A DNA stretch of 64,000 bases, from positions 62,001-126,000 of the forward strand of contig NW_026781634.1 in the NCBI RefSeq assembly GCF_030144855.1. The letters are read 5' to 3'. Below are positions 63,421 through 64,000 of this stretch, in pieces. The stretch's first letter is position 1. Every line of letters starts with the position of its first letter. The position numbers and the translations under genes were made by a program. The DNA comes from Hypanus sabinus (lineage: Eukaryota). Below the pieces are notes generated by a model that saw only the letters and a list, made by a program, of their open reading frames with translations, had not been told where the DNA came from and did no database searches.

Positions 63421-64000
63421 AATGTGAACACAGGGATACGTTAACCCTTTCCCATAATCAGAGAAGAACGGAATTATTGCAGATACATCGACACAGGAGG
63501 TGCATCATATGAAACATCCGGTGCCCGTTCTGCCCAGAGTCTGCACCGCTGCGGCGCCGACAACTCAGGCGGTCAGACAGAAGTGGCCTGTGGCCTTCAT
63601 CTTCCCCAGTGTGTCCCCCGAGGAAACACAGACATCCCCTCGAACTCCAACCATCAATTTGCGTTGCCCGGGGTTTTCGATGTGTTCCTGATCTCACTCG
63701 TGCATCAGGAATGAAAAAAAGACTTGGTGGCAGGACAGCTCTGTCTGTTCACCGTGGCGCGGATCCCCAGGCCAAGAGGAGTACGGTCTTCTCAGGGCAC
63801 TATCACCGTGGTCCGATATTCCTGGGTCGGTGGAGGACCATGGTGGCCGGATGTCCCCAGAACTGGGATCCTAATATAACCGCATGAATCTCATTGTGAG
63901 AGTGGGTGATGATCCCACACTTGTTGGTAATTGGGTGCCGATGCCAGGCTGGGAGAACTGGCCAGTGCTTTGATACTGAGAGTCGATGTTGGGAGCGGTG

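Noticed and set aside
63458-64000. GC-rich terminal region as coding sequence (HRGPIF resembling integrase DRGPQF)
   Set aside because: The similarity is limited to a few residues, most frames contain stops, and the region is cut off by the window edge.

Overview
Vertebrate genomic DNA, not prokaryotic. The CR1, Rex/Babar and Penelope repeats and the NLR subfamily point to a cartilaginous fish, probably a ray (inference). There is one multi-exon host gene on the + strand: a CARD-like/NACHT/LRR (NLRP3-like, NLR-C-type) immune receptor at 41280-55719. Its 11 coding exons join in frame to about 1015 codons, but an in-frame TAG at 49856-49858 would leave a 191-aa death-fold-only product, and the first intron starts with GC. 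The best-supported unusual structure is an eIF3b processed pseudogene at 9717-10930 with the full geometry of L1 twin priming: an inverted 5' CDS piece, a sense 3' end with AATAAA, a 17-bp TSD at a TTT/AAAA site, and an empty paralogous site elsewhere in the window. The first 37 kb is largely 4-5 decayed direct and inverted copies of a multi-kb module carrying promoter-like motifs and exon-shaped cassettes, broken up by pogo, hAT, LINE, Penelope and solo-LTR insertions. No rRNA, tRNA or CRISPR was found. There is an assembly gap at 60526-60708. Repeat boundaries were read by eye and are approximate.
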